Source: Owenia fusiformis
Taxonomy: Eukaryota
NCBI GenBank assembly: GCA_903813345.2
Contig: CAIIXF020000001.1
Coordinates: 620,001 to 684,000 of the forward strand
Direction: 5' to 3'
DNA length: 64,000 nt
Below, one piece after another: positions 1 through 13,900 of the stretch. The stretch's first letter is position 1; each line of letters opens with the position of its first letter. Below the pieces are notes generated by a model. The model did not search any database. It had not been told where the DNA came from and was given only the letters and a program-made list of their open reading frames with translations. The position numbers and the translations under genes were made by a program.

Positions 1-40
1 GCCACAACCGAACTACCATGATGTATTATATGCTCCAATA

Positions 41-1006
41 GTGAAACTTGATGGTACAAAGGATGATTCTTCAGTGCTGCTTGGTGATGGCTTTGAGAGA
101 CAGGCAGTCTACCTGAAGTCACAGAGACAACAGCCATCACTATTCCAGGATGATAAAACAGAAACTAAAGACAGAATTGTCCCACAAAAGTTTTCCCAAT
201 CGGTGCATATTCCGTATGTTTCATCACCCTACAATTGCATGCAATGGGGAGATTCAGACCTTGATGACACAGGATTGATGACAGACCAAGAATATGTGCT
301 GGACCAGGGTTATCGAATGCCATTGCTGAAAAAACCTAGAAATGATGATCGAAGTTACAGCGCTGATCTATATGGGCACCGAATTAGTGAGAGACCTTTG
401 ACTAACCAATATATCAGTGTGAGAAGCCTAGGTCACGGGTCATGCTCTGATGAAAAGCTACCTAAATCTGACAGAGAAATGAAAGCTAAGGGAAAGTTTA
501 TTGAACCCCAAAACGATGTTGATGTGGACGCTTGTGTGTCTTTCGCCAAGTCTGAGACACAGAATGAGGCACCATGTGTATCTCTCCAAGATGAAGCACT
601 CACAAAAGGCCATGAGAAGAGAATTGTGACTGAACCTGATACAGTGTTCCAAATTGTAGCTTTGAAAAAAACAGCTAATCTTCCAAGTAAGGAACCATTT
701 CAAGCCATGATGGATGATTTCAGAGCAGACATGCAAAGTTTGGTTACATCAGAAGTGGAGAAGTTGGAACAACAGTTGATGAAAAAGCTCATGAAAAAGA
801 CAGAGAAGGAACCCAAGAAGAACAAGAAGAGGCGGGTGTATTGCAAACTCTGTGACTGCAGGGAACACTCAGTCTTCAATTGTGAATTCAGGCACCCTAA
901 TTCACAGAAGCACGGATCTAAGGCTTGCTTCAGATGCGGGGAAGAAAACCACAGTGTGATGGACTGCCCCAAGGGCAGCCCCGAGCCAAAGGGCTCAGGA
1001 AACTAG
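41..1006 (+). CDS. Gag-like ORF of a Ty3/Gypsy LTR retrotransposon (5' end probably outside the window)
   Basis: Two C-terminal CX2CX4HX4C knuckles (CKLCDCREHSVFNC, CFRCGEENHSVMDC). Ends in ..GGA AAC TAG, resembling a Gypsy gag/pol -1 frameshift site. Followed by pol remnants. Confidence 0.8.
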   Translation: MKLDGTKDDSSVLLGDGFERQAVYLKSQRQQPSLFQDDKTETKDRIVPQKFSQSVHIPYVSSPYNCMQWGDSDLDDTGLMTDQEYVLDQGYRMPLLKKPRNDDRSYSADLYGHRISERPLTNQYISVRSLGHGSCSDEKLPKSDREMKAKGKFIEPQNDVDVDACVSFAKSETQNEAPCVSLQDEALTKGHEKRIVTEPDTVFQIVALKKTANLPSKEPFQAMMDDFRADMQSLVTSEVEKLEQQLMKKLMKKTEKEPKKNKKRRVYCKLCDCREHSVFNCEFRHPNSQKHGSKACFRCGEENHSVMDCPKGSPEPKGSGN

Positions 1007-3120
1007 ATGAGACTGATTCAGTGGGTCCAGAATCAGCCGAGACCTCTGTTGGACCCACTTAAATTGATGGCACAACCCGCAAAGGTCTTGCTGTGCATTT
1101 TAATATTTGGAAGTTCCTGATACCAGCTATTGTTGATAGTGAATCTGATGTGTATAATATTCCCACAAAGGCGAGATGGATGAATATATCAACAAAGGCC
1201 ATGTCTCAAACATAGAGATGACTGATGGAAGACCTGTTGAAGTGCATTGCATTGTGAAGTGTGAGTTTGGAATTAAAGATGCAAAAGTGAAACTTGATTG
1301 ATGGCTACAAATGTGTAATTTGCGAAAAAAGACATTACATTTAAGAAGCTGAATTTACAGTTGTGATGGATACACTGATGGAGACTTGACATTCATCCGG
1401 TTGGTTGAATAAATGAAATGGACTTATTACCCATGTGTGAATGAATAAAGACTAATTGTGAGGAGTGCATGTGAAAACTAATTGTTTGTAATTGAAATTA
1501 TTCATCATTGTTTTCTTCAACTGGAAATAGTAGATATGACACAGTATTCAGAACCGGCCGGACTGAAAACATGTCTACTTGAACAATCGTGCATTATTTT
1601 ATTGTAGCAAAATATTTTGATTAATATTAAGAATCTCAGTCTGTAACACTAGCTATTTTAATGACATATGGAGTCACAGAAAATGATGGTGATGCATTGT
1701 ATTTGTATATAGATGTTTTGATAAAGACTGGGAATAAAGATTGAGATGAGAGAATTAGATGATCAGTATGTTTTAATGTTACTTGATTGTCTTGATAAAT
1801 AACACAAGCGTTACATTTGGTAGAATGTTTTGGATGTATAGACTTCGAAGATATGACTATGAACCTAGAGTGTGATTTAGTGTAAACCCTCAACTGAGCC
1901 TGAGACCCAAGTGTCATGTTGTGATGAAACAAACAGTGAGAGTGTCGCCCATGTGTAAAGTAGAAGTCAAAGGTGAAGCACCAGGCAATCTACATGGAAA
2001 TGTCTAAGCAATTAAAATGGATGTGGACGCCAAGATCAGGGGAATATCAATCGGTAGATTTTTTTGGTACATGTAAATCCAAACTACTGGATTCTCGTGA
2101 GAATGATCAATTATGGTATCCAACCAACAATGCTGTATAAAGACCCATAGCTTTTGGTGAGCCGCTTTCCATAAATGAAAAGGAACTACCGAGACACGTT
2201 CAAGCGTCTGAACGTGAAGTCACAGATATTGGCGGTGTTTCAATCAACTAGAATGATATCCCGAACACACATTGTAGTGATGTTTGAAGTCAGAGTCTGA
2301 CCCCTTTGTTGACAAATGCCTGGCCAGGTCTAAACTTGATATTGAACTTGATATTGAATGACAAGATCCAATGTTGACCATGAATTTAACCTTAATGACG
2401 ACTCTGCGGATGATGTTGAGGAAGTGAAATCTGAATCTGAATTAAAAGAGGCAGATGACAAAGCACAAGAACATTCGAAGATACTTTTTGAGAACAGAGT
2501 GCAACTATTTTCTCCCGAAAAAGTGGAGTGTGTTAAACTGTTTTATTGATTGAAGTAAACCTATTTATTTGCCAATAACAAGACTTAGCAAAACGGATGC
2601 AACAGAGATGAAAATCAACACTGGCACTGGTGTTAGTTCTGAAGGACAAAAGCTTACGATTTGGTTTGGAGTTTCGAAAGTTGAATCACAAGACTGTCGG
2701 AGATTCTTACCCGCTGCCACGGTGTGATGAAATCGTTGACAGCCTTGCTGGATCTGAGTACTGGCAGGTACTTATGAGCCAGGATGATGCAGCCATGATT
2801 ATATGGGATAGTTTGAATTGTAGGTGATGCCATTTAAAGCCAGTATGATGTCAAAGCCAATCTGCAAAATGTTGATGATTAAGTTGTATGTTGTATGTTC
2901 CCATGAAAAGGTCAAACTCCTAAATTTGTAAAAAGATGGAACAGATCAAACAGATTTGCAACGTGTGTTGATGATTTCAAATCGGTGACAATCGGCGGGT
3001 AGTGAACGCGAATAAATTAAAGCGGTTCTGCAGCCAATCAGTTGATAAAAGTATTGTGCCACCAAACACAAACGAACACATGTTGATGTCAATGAACCCC
3101 CACAAGACCCTGTAATAATT
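1007..3120 (+). pseudogene. Heavily degraded Gypsy pol (protease, RT and integrase-tail remnants)
   Basis: IPAIVDSESDV at ~1120-1152 (decayed D-S-G protease motif). LRFGLEFRKLNHKTVGDSYPLPRCDEIVDSLAGSEY at 2630-2827 (RT N-terminal motif). RRVVNANKLKRF at 2993-3028 (integrase C-terminal-like). Many stops and deletions. Confidence 0.75.
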
Positions 3121-3309
3121 CAATCCCTGATGGGAAAGATAAACTTCTGAGGTCCAAGAGAAATTGAAGAATTCAAGATTGTACAAAAAGGAAGGTTAAA
3201 GCCCCTGATTGATCAATCTGAGTGATTTATATTCAAAGTTAGAAAGCTATGAATTTTATTAGATGTAAATGAGCCTACCCGGTGGTAACTTATCAATGTT
3301 TTTGCTTAC

Positions 3310-4656
3310 TTGCAGCAATGCCGTGTTGTCCTCAGAACAGATGAAAATGAAAACTACATCTTCTGCGACAAAAGATACAGAAACTGGCGTGCACTATACC
3401 TGCATGTAAGACAACACTATCTATCTCTCAAATGTACATACATATCCCCTGAAGGCCGTCCATGTATGTATTCCTGTGACAGAAGAAGCAAAACTTTGAT
3501 GGAAAAACATATGAAAATGCATGATGTACTTAAACAAAAAATGGTGGGTGAAACTAACCTCGATGAAAGCCTAACAGATATATTTACAGGAAATGTTAAC
3601 TTGTTAAGTGTTGACGATCAAGAAATATTCCTTGATGATTCCGAAGTGAACAGAATTCTTAATGAAGAAACTGATGTAAAAGTACCAAAACCTGAAGAGA
3701 AGCCAGTTAAGAAGGTAGCCAAGAGAAGTACACCACTACGGATAAAACTGAAGGAGAAACGGCGAAATAGGAAGCCAAAGCCAAAGGGATGGCAAAGAAA
3801 GGCACATGTCCCTAAAAGAAAGATATGTTCAAAGGAGTTTATTGATACCTCAAGTAGTGATGACACAGATGATGTCAAAGATGATAAATATGGGTATAAA
3901 AGTGATAACAAAGATGATGTCAAAGATGATAAATTTGGGTATAAAAGTGATGATACAGATGATGTCAAAGATGATAAATATGGATGTACAAGTGATGGCA
4001 CGGATAGTAGAACAGTAAAATTTGGTGGATTTGATGATCAAGTAGGGTCACAAGCAGAATGTGATATGAACAGAGAGGTAGGAGATATATGTACTGACAA
4101 ATGCGATGAAGCCTCAAATGATGATAAAGCAGATGAAGCAACGGTTGAGAGGACAGTGTATTTCGGGCACAAAGAAGTTGGACTCAGACTCAAAGAGGAG
4201 CATACTGAAAGTGAAAGATCTCCAGCTACATCTGAAAAAGGAGACTTTGCCATTATTCAGATACCCTCGGAGCGTGAGTTGTCTTTTGAGGAAGGGGGTA
4301 ATAATGCTGGGAAAAGTAGTAGCAAGATGACAAGTGACAAGATGAAAACGAAACATAGAGATGATCAATCTGACACAGTCCCTAAAAGCATTAAAGAAGC
4401 CCAAAGATCTATGAAGACACAGTATGAGGAGAGAGATTCATCGAGATCTCCAAGGATAAAAGTGAAAAAATCTCCACAATCTTCAAAGACACAAGTTGAG
4501 AGAGATGATCACCCAGTCTCACCAAAGAGAATTTGTGTATTCATTTCAAGCCCAGTTAGAGACAAAGAAGTCGGTCCAGACCCTCTCTCAGCAATAGCTG
4601 GTGGTCTGCTTTTATTAAACGACTATGGATCTTCAGAGACTAGTGAGGAGGACTAA
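3310..4656 (+). CDS. Intact ORF with two C2H2-like zinc fingers and an acidic/basic low-complexity tail, directly 3' of Gypsy pol
   Basis: 448-aa open frame containing C..CDKRYRNWRALYLHVRQH and CTYISPEGRPC..MEKHMKMH. No ATG at the start, but an acceptor-like tttttgcttacttgcag ends at 3315. Confidence 0.6.
   Translation: MQQCRVVLRTDENENYIFCDKRYRNWRALYLHVRQHYLSLKCTYISPEGRPCMYSCDRRSKTLMEKHMKMHDVLKQKMVGETNLDESLTDIFTGNVNLLSVDDQEIFLDDSEVNRILNEETDVKVPKPEEKPVKKVAKRSTPLRIKLKEKRRNRKPKPKGWQRKAHVPKRKICSKEFIDTSSSDDTDDVKDDKYGYKSDNKDDVKDDKFGYKSDDTDDVKDDKYGCTSDGTDSRTVKFGGFDDQVGSQAECDMNREVGDICTDKCDEASNDDKADEATVERTVYFGHKEVGLRLKEEHTESERSPATSEKGDFAIIQIPSERELSFEEGGNNAGKSSSKMTSDKMKTKHRDDQSDTVPKSIKEAQRSMKTQYEERDSSRSPRIKVKKSPQSSKTQVERDDHPVSPKRICVFISSPVRDKEVGPDPLSAIAGGLLLLNDYGSSETSEED
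3856..3996 (+). repeat. Three 45-bp in-frame tandem units (SDDTDDVKDDKYGYK)
   Basis: Visible in both DNA and translation. Confidence 0.85.
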
Positions 4657-7653
4657 TTACATTGATCTCAAAGGACATTCATTGTACTTAAACATACCAA
4701 AGGGACAATTTGCAGATACAGGATATGAAGTGATGGACTTGTTATTATTTCTAAGTTAAAGACTTAAAATCGTGATAGCATGATGGTATATGGTGCATAT
4801 GAGGCAGTAACATTTATATTTAGTGATCATTCTTCATCTAATGAGACGGAACATTGGTTGCTGAAAAAGGACAATTGGAATGTGCCATAAGGAGTCTTAG
4901 GGAAACATACTTGATCAAGTAATCCTGTATTAGTCATGGACAGTTGAGGAATAATTTATGATGTATATAAAAAGATACTCAAAAGTGACTCAGACGACAT
5001 TTTGTATTTGGGTGTATTTTGTATAGGATACTATTTTTGTATTGTGAAGAGTGAATATTACCTGCCAGGTAATTCTGATGTTTTGAACACTTTGTTCTAC
5101 TGTAAATATGTTTTTTTAGTCGTTTTATATTATGTTACACAACGTGAAACACTATTTTCTAAGCACTACTAAGAAAGAATACTTAATGTCTTATCCATAA
5201 GTAATAAGCACTACTAACTACTAATTCTCAGGAATAAAAAGTTCACACTTATCATACCTATTGAGAGATAAATATTGCTTATCCTCGGCCCAGGTACGTC
5301 TTATCCGTGTGTCATGTGACTACTGCGTTAATTAACTAAGTAAAGCATTTCAATTTAAGTGTAGTATGTTTGCATGCAGCAAGCATTTAATCATTTTTGA
5401 TTTTTGATTAAAAATAACTCCTTTGGATCAAATATTTAAATTCTACTAGAGTGCGTGGAGTGGAAACAAGTCTTCATTCAAGCACTAAATATCAAAAGGA
5501 AGATTTCAGGACCCCTTAACTTCACTCCCGGACTTTTCTATTCAACACCACCCATCCCTCTTCCCCAATTATCCCTAATGATCCCAGAATGTTCGTTTCT
5601 GTGCCCCCTGTCCATGGCCAGTAATTAATCTATGTGTATATTGTCTCCCTCCAAAAGGTAGGAAAAACCAGATGCAGACATAAACATTGACAAGGTGAGG
5701 GGATTTAAATATAAAAATAGTCTTGTTTTTGGCTCTGACTTAAATATCTTGACACTGTTTAACGAAGCCGGTTTAAGGAATGAGAGGCAGAAATAATTCC
5801 TAGATGATCTTTCTTTACTGTAATTAAGATGCTACTTAACCGCAATTTTAAAAGGGATTAAGTTATTTACCTTGTGATAATTTAATACTACTTATTGATT
5901 GGTTTGCCAAATATAATACCCCGTATAAGACCCTTGTCTCTGATTCTAAAACATCTGTATATTACCTGAGACTAACATAACATAAAAGTATATTAGTCTC
6001 AGATATTACATTATGTGAAACAATTCCAAAAAGTTTTGTCTTGAACTCAATCAAATAACAATATATTTCAACATGTAGAAATTATTTATTAACATAATGT
6101 CGGGCACTATAGGTTAACGGGTTTTCTGTTTTGCTCTTTTTGTGTCACGCTTGAATTGTGTGCTTTATTTATTTGGGATTTGAATTTGGAAAGGTGAATT
6201 CACGATCAATAAAGTTTATAATATCATTTATTAACCAATACATCGAGGCAAAGCCACCTTTCAAACACATCATCTATTATGCATGTCCATTTGTAGCAAT
6301 CACACGGCCCATACCACTAGGGGTATGTAGATGTTAATGAATGGGAATTTTTCATCTTTTTATTTTTATGTTTTCATTAAACAGCCAGAAAAAAAACTAT
6401 TTTTCATTTCCCAAGGAATTTAAAATGTATCTAATATATTATACAATCAGACAGACTGGCTATTCTAATCCGTTATGAAAGGCCATTTGTTTTTTTCCAC
6501 TACAGGATGTTTCTTCAGAAGTTAATTAATTGTTTATCTTAGTGTTTAGATGCATTGTCCCTTGACGCTTTCATGAAGTAAATGAGCTTTGTGATGGACT
6601 ACAATTGTATATTTTTACAGGAACAGTTATTTTTATCACCAAAGTAGAGCACTTGTTACATTATTTTCATTTTAGGTCTCTCTTATTAGTTGCATTGCAG
6701 AAGTCTAATATTATTCTCTCCGTGTGCCGAATGTTCTTATACCCGTAGCCAAGGGGTGGGGGTGGTTCAAGGAGTGCGAGAATTCGAATTGAATACAAAA
6801 TAAATACGTAACATATAAATATATAAGTACATAATGTCTAGCCAAGTCTTCTTGCATTTTCTGAACTTCAAATGCGCCTTTTGATGTGTGGTAACAAAAT
6901 ACTAAATAAATATTTATGTTACTCCAGCTTGTTTTCATATTAATTTGGCAATAAAACATGTATAAAGAGATAGCAAATTGTGCACAACCCCAATCCCTTC
7001 CCCGATCGGGTCGCGTTTACTATGCATGTTATAATGTATAAAAGTAATTTGTAATAAAGACAATAATGCCCCCCCCCTATTGCAACCATCTTCGTGCACT
7101 CGGCTCCCGTCGATGGACACAGTTAAGACCGAGCGTGCAATGTATTGCAACATTTTGTCAATTAATGGCATTGGCCCGGGGTATCAACACACATTTGATT
7201 GAAATAATTCAAACCAAAGTTCCAAATGAATAAAGAACGTGAAGGTTCTGTTTGACATTCGAACAAAAATTTATCCAGTCAAAAATAGATTTCTAATATT
7301 TGATCTTGATTAGATGTATTTATTGATCCTTAATTAAAACTACAGATGGTTCACTCAATTCCGAATAAACAAAAAATAAGCCTATACACGTTTACTTGGT
7401 TCTCATGATACTGCCTATAACCTATAATACTCATGTATCAAAACAAATATTAATTAATCCGTCTGTGTGATTGTTCCCTGACTCAAACTAAGCGAACCCC
7501 GATTTCAGTTCTAAATATTTCACTTGAAACGATTTAGCCAACATGATACAATATGACATTTGATTAATTATACATGTATAAAGCCAATTATTATCAAAAC
7601 CCATAAATGCTCACAATATAAATATAGTTTTATTGATGGCCATTAACAGATAT

Positions 7654-7935
7654 CAGGGGCGTAGCCAGCTTTCAGTCAGGGGGGGGGGGGTGCGATCGCC
7701 AAAAAGATTTCGGGTTTCAGTCGGGGGGGGGGGGGGGGTGCGATTGTGACATAATCGGGGGGTGCGATTATGACATAAACCAGACAAAAAATGATTTTTA
7801 TATTGAATTTTACAAAATTAGATGCAACTTCATTCCAAATTGAGCTAGAAGCTTCAAATAAAAAGCTTTATAGTTCTTTTTCTCCTCTTTCTCAGGGTCT
7901 TATTCGCAACCCTCCCCCCCCTGGCTAAGCCTATG
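7654..7935. mobile_element. MITE with CAGGGGCGTAGCCAG-type termini, copy 1
   Basis: Starts caggggcgtagccag + G run and ends C run + ctggctaagcctatg. Internal sequence is shared with 12052-12268. Confidence 0.75.
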
Positions 7936-7969
7936 GATATTTAGACAAGTTTCAAATAAATAACCTAGC

Positions 7970-8240
7970 ATCCAACCGCGCAAGCAACCAAGCAAGCAAG
8001 CAAACGACCATCAAAGCAAGCAGGAAACTAAGCAAGTAAAAAAACATGCAACTTACAAATAAAGCAAGCAAACAACCGACAAACCAACCAATCAAGTAAC
8101 TAATCAAACTCTAATCCTGCAAAGAAACCAAGGAAGCAACTAAGCAACAAAGAATGAATGCAAGCAAGTAAACGGTCAATCAAGCAATCAATCGTGCAAA
8201 TAAGCAAGCAAACAAACAATCTACCATCCAAGCAACTAAT
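7970..8240. repeat. Degenerate (CAAG/CAAA/CAAC)n microsatellite
   Basis: Repeated caagcaag/caaacaaa/caaccaac tetramers. Confidence 0.7.
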
Positions 8241-10529
8241 TAACATAATTCAATAAGATTAAAATTAAACCTTGGGCACATTTTCTCTACGGGGGTCGTA
8301 CGGCGGCCGGAGCTTCAAAAAACTAGATACACGTTGAAAGTTCCAAAGTGCAAAATGTAGCTCTGTGCTGAATTTTGGTTATGTTTAAGATGAAACTTTT
8401 CAGATCTGCTTCACTTAATGCATATCCCCAGGATTTCAAAATACGATACACATGTATGTATTACAATTGGAGACAAATTTCTAATACTTGTCCAATCAAT
8501 CAGTGATATCAATTTCATTGTTTTTATAACTGGGAATGTTTAACTTGATTACAGGAGATCGGCTAGGAATTGTTTTTCAGGCTGAGATTCGAAGAGGCAC
8601 TTTTAATTAACGCCTCCTGGCGACTTAAGAATTGACTAATATAGAGCTATCATATTGATTACATTTATCAATCACAGAAACGAAACACATTGGAGCATAC
8701 ATGAAGTTAAATAATTGGGGATGGGAGGGGGGTAGTGAACACACGGGATACTGAATTCTTCCTCTTAAACATAAACTTAAACGTCAGTGCTTGAATGAAG
8801 GCTTCCCCCGGGGCTTCCCTTTAACAGATTTAGGGAGTTTTACAACTAGTTTTACTGAAACTGAAGATTTTCAATTGACTTTGTTATAACATCTTATTAT
8901 AATACACTGGATATTATGTAAAAGTATTGATGTGTATTTCGTACTCCTGACAATCGAATTTCATATCAAACATTTGCAATATAGTTTTACAGTGGTATTA
9001 ATTACAGTGTTATTGCTTCAATAAATGCAACACAATTACCAGATTTTAGATTGGACTTTCTACACGATGATAAAATATTTTGGTGATATTCTTTTCGATA
9101 AAACCCAATCACAAATCTCATGGCATCGACTTTATTAATCATACATGTATCTGCACATGTGAAAATGATCTTGCATGTAGAAATTTCATTATATGTAACC
9201 CCCCACAGCTCCCTCCCGACCTGTAGGATTAAAATGGAATAAGTGATTGATCATTGATCTGATAAGCCACTTATATGCAAGATTATTAATTTTAAAAATA
9301 GACCAACTTGATATTGTTTAAAGTTAGTTTTAACATATTTTCCATCGATATACGGTAGCATAGAAATAAACATGTGACTGTTTCCAGGGGCTGTTTGGCA
9401 TTTTGAAGACAATCCTTTTGTTTCTTGTCACTTTTTAATGTGTTAATATTCAGCATTAAGTGTTAACGTTCGGAGGTTGGGATTTGGCGTTTGTTAAAAA
9501 TCGCAGGTCGTTCATTGCATCACTAGAAATATGTCGAGTCGGGGTTTGATTTTGCAAGTATAAGGGTATCATTTTCAGCAAAGATTATTATTTAAGACTT
9601 CATTATTTTTCTAATCCTCATTTATAATTACATGAACTTTAGATTAAACAAATGATCAAAGGATGGCTTTTTGCACCACTGTTGAATCGGGGAATGATTG
9701 TGCAGCAAATCTTGAGCATTCACCAACAAATGCGCGATTACCATTTTGTTTTACATGTAAATCATACTAGTTATTCAAGACCCTGTACAATCCACTTTAA
9801 CAACTGTCAGGAGGGCTTGTAACTCGATTTAATCATGCAGGGTATTTATTGAGAGGGGTTCCGGGGGATATTGGTTATATACCAAGGGCAATGTGTTAAG
9901 TTTGAAGAAAAGTTTAAGGTTCATTCAATAAAAAGAGATTATAACACATCAATTACACAATCACACCAATTCGTGTGATTTAGCTGGGAATGCCTTTTGT
10001 GAATATGTATATTGTGTGAAGGAAAAAAGATCGTCTGCGTCTAACAGTTAATTACAGTAGCAGATAGATACTTAACTGCAGGTGATCAAAGATGTCAAAT
10101 AATGGGAACCAAAAGTATAATCTCATGAAAGTTTAAACGCTTTAAATTACAATATCCAAATGCTTTTGCTTTAAACTATTGATTCGTGCTCTTGTGCTAA
10201 AATTTCACTATGTTGCCATTTGAAATAGGTAATTGGTATCTTCCGAATTTCCATATTTTCAAATAAGTCAGACGATGACTAAAGGAAAATAACTAGAATC
10301 AAACCCCCAAACTGGCCCCTGGCATTCTTAATGACTTGATTTCAAATATTAATATACAAGAAACAAACTGGAGACATAAATAAGATCGGGTACGGGAGAT
10401 GAGGGGTGAGTAAATGGGACATTGTATGCCCCCTCTGTAACAGACCTTCAATACAAACTTGTTTCAAATCCCGGGTTTCAAATCACACTAATAGTTTTAA
10501 AATGTAAAACTTAAGCAGTAGTGGAATCA

Positions 10530-11250
10530 ATTGGTGCAAGGCCCCCATAGGGACCTTGCGTTTTCATACTAAAGTTCGTTTTGGAGTTTTTTCTTATTGT
10601 TCTATGTATTTCAAGACATTTTAGAGACAGGGCCCTTTTTCTAAAGCCCTTTTTAGAAAAATAATTGAGATTACAGAGGATACCCATTATTACTGCTTTT
10701 TAACACAATGTTAACAGAAAATTCAAATTTCAAACTCCTTATCTCACTATAATTCACCAATGGAAAATGGAAGTTGAGCAACCAAACTTGGCACACAGTT
10801 GGACCCTAAGATAAGCTTTAATCTGAGAGGTTTGATCTTTTGTGAAATCATATATTTGCCTAGCAACCACATAGCAACCATCTAAAATAACATATTTTAA
10901 AATATATATCCACTGAATATATGCTAGGATGCTATAAGACCATTACAAAAAGTCTTCTTATCCTAAAATACAACAATTCAAACATATTTTCAAAAGTGAC
11001 ATCACCATGTTGCATAGCAACAACATGGCAACAGGTTACAATGCCTATTTTGACATTTGCACACTATATTCCTATTATGTACTCACTTGTACGCTTTTGG
11101 ATCCCTTCCACATTATTTCTTAACATACAGAAATTGTATTTAAGCATAAATGATGCAGCTATGCCTGACTATTTTCCCTAGCAACTTTGCAGTCAAAATG
11201 AATAGAATGACTTTGAAATTAGATTTTTTTTATAATTTTAGCTTTTACAC
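10530..11250. mobile_element. Probable non-autonomous rolling-circle (Helentron/HINE-like) element; boundaries approximate
   Basis: Terminal hairpin gcaaggcccccatagggaccttgc followed by a T-rich tract, plus internal tagcaac motifs. Family assignment is by resemblance only. Confidence 0.35.
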
Positions 11251-12051
11251 GGACATAATTATTGTATATTTCTACATGAACGTCGCCCCCCCCCCAAATT
11301 ACAGATATACAACTTTGGGTCGGAATGCTTTATTTTGCGCAGAGAGACAGGCCTGATGGTGCATCGGGGATGGTAACAATGTGGTTTATACATTCATTAA
11401 AACACTGCAATGTTTGTAGAATGAAAATATTAAGTCATGCATTGGTCAATATTGAATTTAAACTGGCGGGGATTTAACAAAACGCCAGATCGTTGATTGT
11501 CTTACTGGCTTGCTTGAAGATAATGCACAAATCAAATAGCATTGATTTCTTCTTAATCAGATGGATAAGCTTATTGTTTTCTCTAATTAAAAGGCGGCTT
11601 TAAGTTACTTTTACAGGATTTGCAAATTCGCAATCAGACTGGCTTATTTTAATCCGGTTTATTTGGTGTTTGATTTCGACTCTAACTGAAATAATTTATC
11701 ACAAATAATGGATAAGCAAACAGAGACCGGTTTAAAAATGAGAATAGAGGCAAAAATAACTCTATTCATAAACTGTAATTAAAACCCAGGAGCAATTCTA
11801 GACTGTTAGATAATCTTTTCTCTAATCAAGGTGATGTTGGTACACGTCCGCAGTTAAAAAACAAAGACTATATAGCAATTAATCCTTTTGTTATCATTAA
11901 ATGTTAGATTCTTATTATTTTTGTTGGACAATTTTAAAACTTCTGTCTCCGATTGTTATGCAGGCATGTGTATGAAAAAGAGAGTTTCGTCTTCTTATAG
12001 TTTATAACTAGACTCTGTACGCAGGGTAATAGTGCCCCTATTATCCATGTT

Positions 12052-12268
12052 CAGGGGCATAGCCAACTTTCAGTCAGGGGGGGGGTACGATCGCCAAGAA
12101 AAACAATCTCGGTTTTCAGTCGGGAGAGCGGTGCAATCGTGGCAAAAGCAGGCCAAAAGATGCAACTCCCTTCAAAATTGAGCTAGTAGCTTCTTTCTCT
12201 TCTTCTATTTCATTGTTCTATTTTATTGGTTATGCATCGCACCCCCCCCCCCCCTGGCTACGGCTATG
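12052..12268. mobile_element. MITE with CAGGGGC-TAGCCA termini, copy 2
   Basis: caggggcatagccaactttcagtcagggg ... ccccctggctacggctatg; aligns by eye with 7654-7935. Confidence 0.75.
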
Positions 12269-13900
12269 CCATTTGAGAGTCAAAAAGAGAGGCGACAAGA
12301 CAGTTAAACAAGTACTTCCAATAAATACTTTTACAGTTTTAATGTGTTTATCAACGACCCTACTAGTCAAATTAATGGAAACGAAAAATAAATGCTTTCA
12401 TTACGGAAAAAACCAGAAAACCGTAAAAATATCTACCTGATTCGCTAGAATAGTCACATTACTTCAGTGCAAACAATTGATATCTATAATATTTATTTCA
12501 TATTATTGATATCTTTCCCCTGACAATATGTTATCTCATGGTCCGTTAACATCATCAACAATGTGATTTACAACAAGAGATTAACCAACATTTCTTAATT
12601 AAAAAGTTGATATTTCTTGCTTTTTTAAAGCAAAAACACTATGACACAATAGCACCAAGGCAAAACCAAAACATGGTGTGGCAATAAAAGGCATACAAAA
12701 TGGCCATTAAAAGGACATAATATGGGAAATCTTGCCGTTTTGCAACCATTCCTAAAATCAGTAAAGCATACCAGACTGAGAAACGCCGGATTATGGACAA
12801 CTGGCTGATGTAATTATGAGCTTATCAAACATCACTTATTAAAAATATAAAAAATGGACAATAGAATTTTTGAATAAAACTATCAAATCAGTCATTGCTC
12901 AGCAAATACAAAATATAAAGGAATAATAAACAGAACGTGTTCGCACAAAGTTGAAAATACGGATCGGCAAGTCAACAAGTCTGACCGTTAAATAAACAAA
13001 CATAACTTATGTCTCCAATTGTTCGTCTGCTGGTCAGAACTTGGTATCCACTTCGGATAACCAATTTCTGAGAATACTGATGTCTTAAATAGATCAGACT
13101 TTTTGCATAAAGACGTCTTTAAATAAGAATTTTTAATCTGCAATTTCAATTAATATCGTAAACCACAACACCTTGCTGGCGTCTGGTAAATCTAAAAATT
13201 TGTTTTTCTTAAAATATTACATTTTTATTAATAGATTTATAAAGTGTAGCTTTCTTTTAAACGAATTGTCCTTATCTAGCTTTATGGATTATCACGCTTC
13301 TATTTAGCTAAACACATCGATACTTACTACTCGTTATCAGTCCAAAAACCAAGCATACACATGTAGCATATTCAAATAAATGTCAGAATGTAGGCCAAAA
13401 TATCACGCGCGTAGTTCTAAAGTTAACAACATATTAATGCAATAGAATAAGACACGATAATTAAAAAGATAAACCTCGGTATTCGGGCCTAAAAACAACG
13501 GATACGTGTATCAATACCTAGGGGTAAGCAGAAATAACCTTCCAAATAAGTGTATCAATAATCAAGGATAGCGACAACTAAGCACCGAGTAAGATGGTAA
13601 TAAGCAGTTTATTGCAAGTTATTAAACACGATTTTGTCTTGTGTTATTGTAATATGTTGTTCTCATGAGAATCTCCAAAGGATGAGTTCCTTTTTTGAAA
13701 AGGATGTTGATACTTTTATATACTTTGTAAGTTTTGCCATATATGCATTTTTGATATGGTGCTATAGACTTGTAGGTATTACGCATTATGAAACAGTTCA
13801 TGATAATTTGTGAAGTTAGTTTATAACGGTACATGATGTATTACAGTATAGGTATTTGTTATATAATTTTCAGTGAGGATTTGAGTAAATCCTACATTTT

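Noticed and set aside
5000-13600. Short ORFs and further small repeats
   Set aside because: No recognisable domains. Probably intron with old MITE fragments whose boundaries I cannot support.
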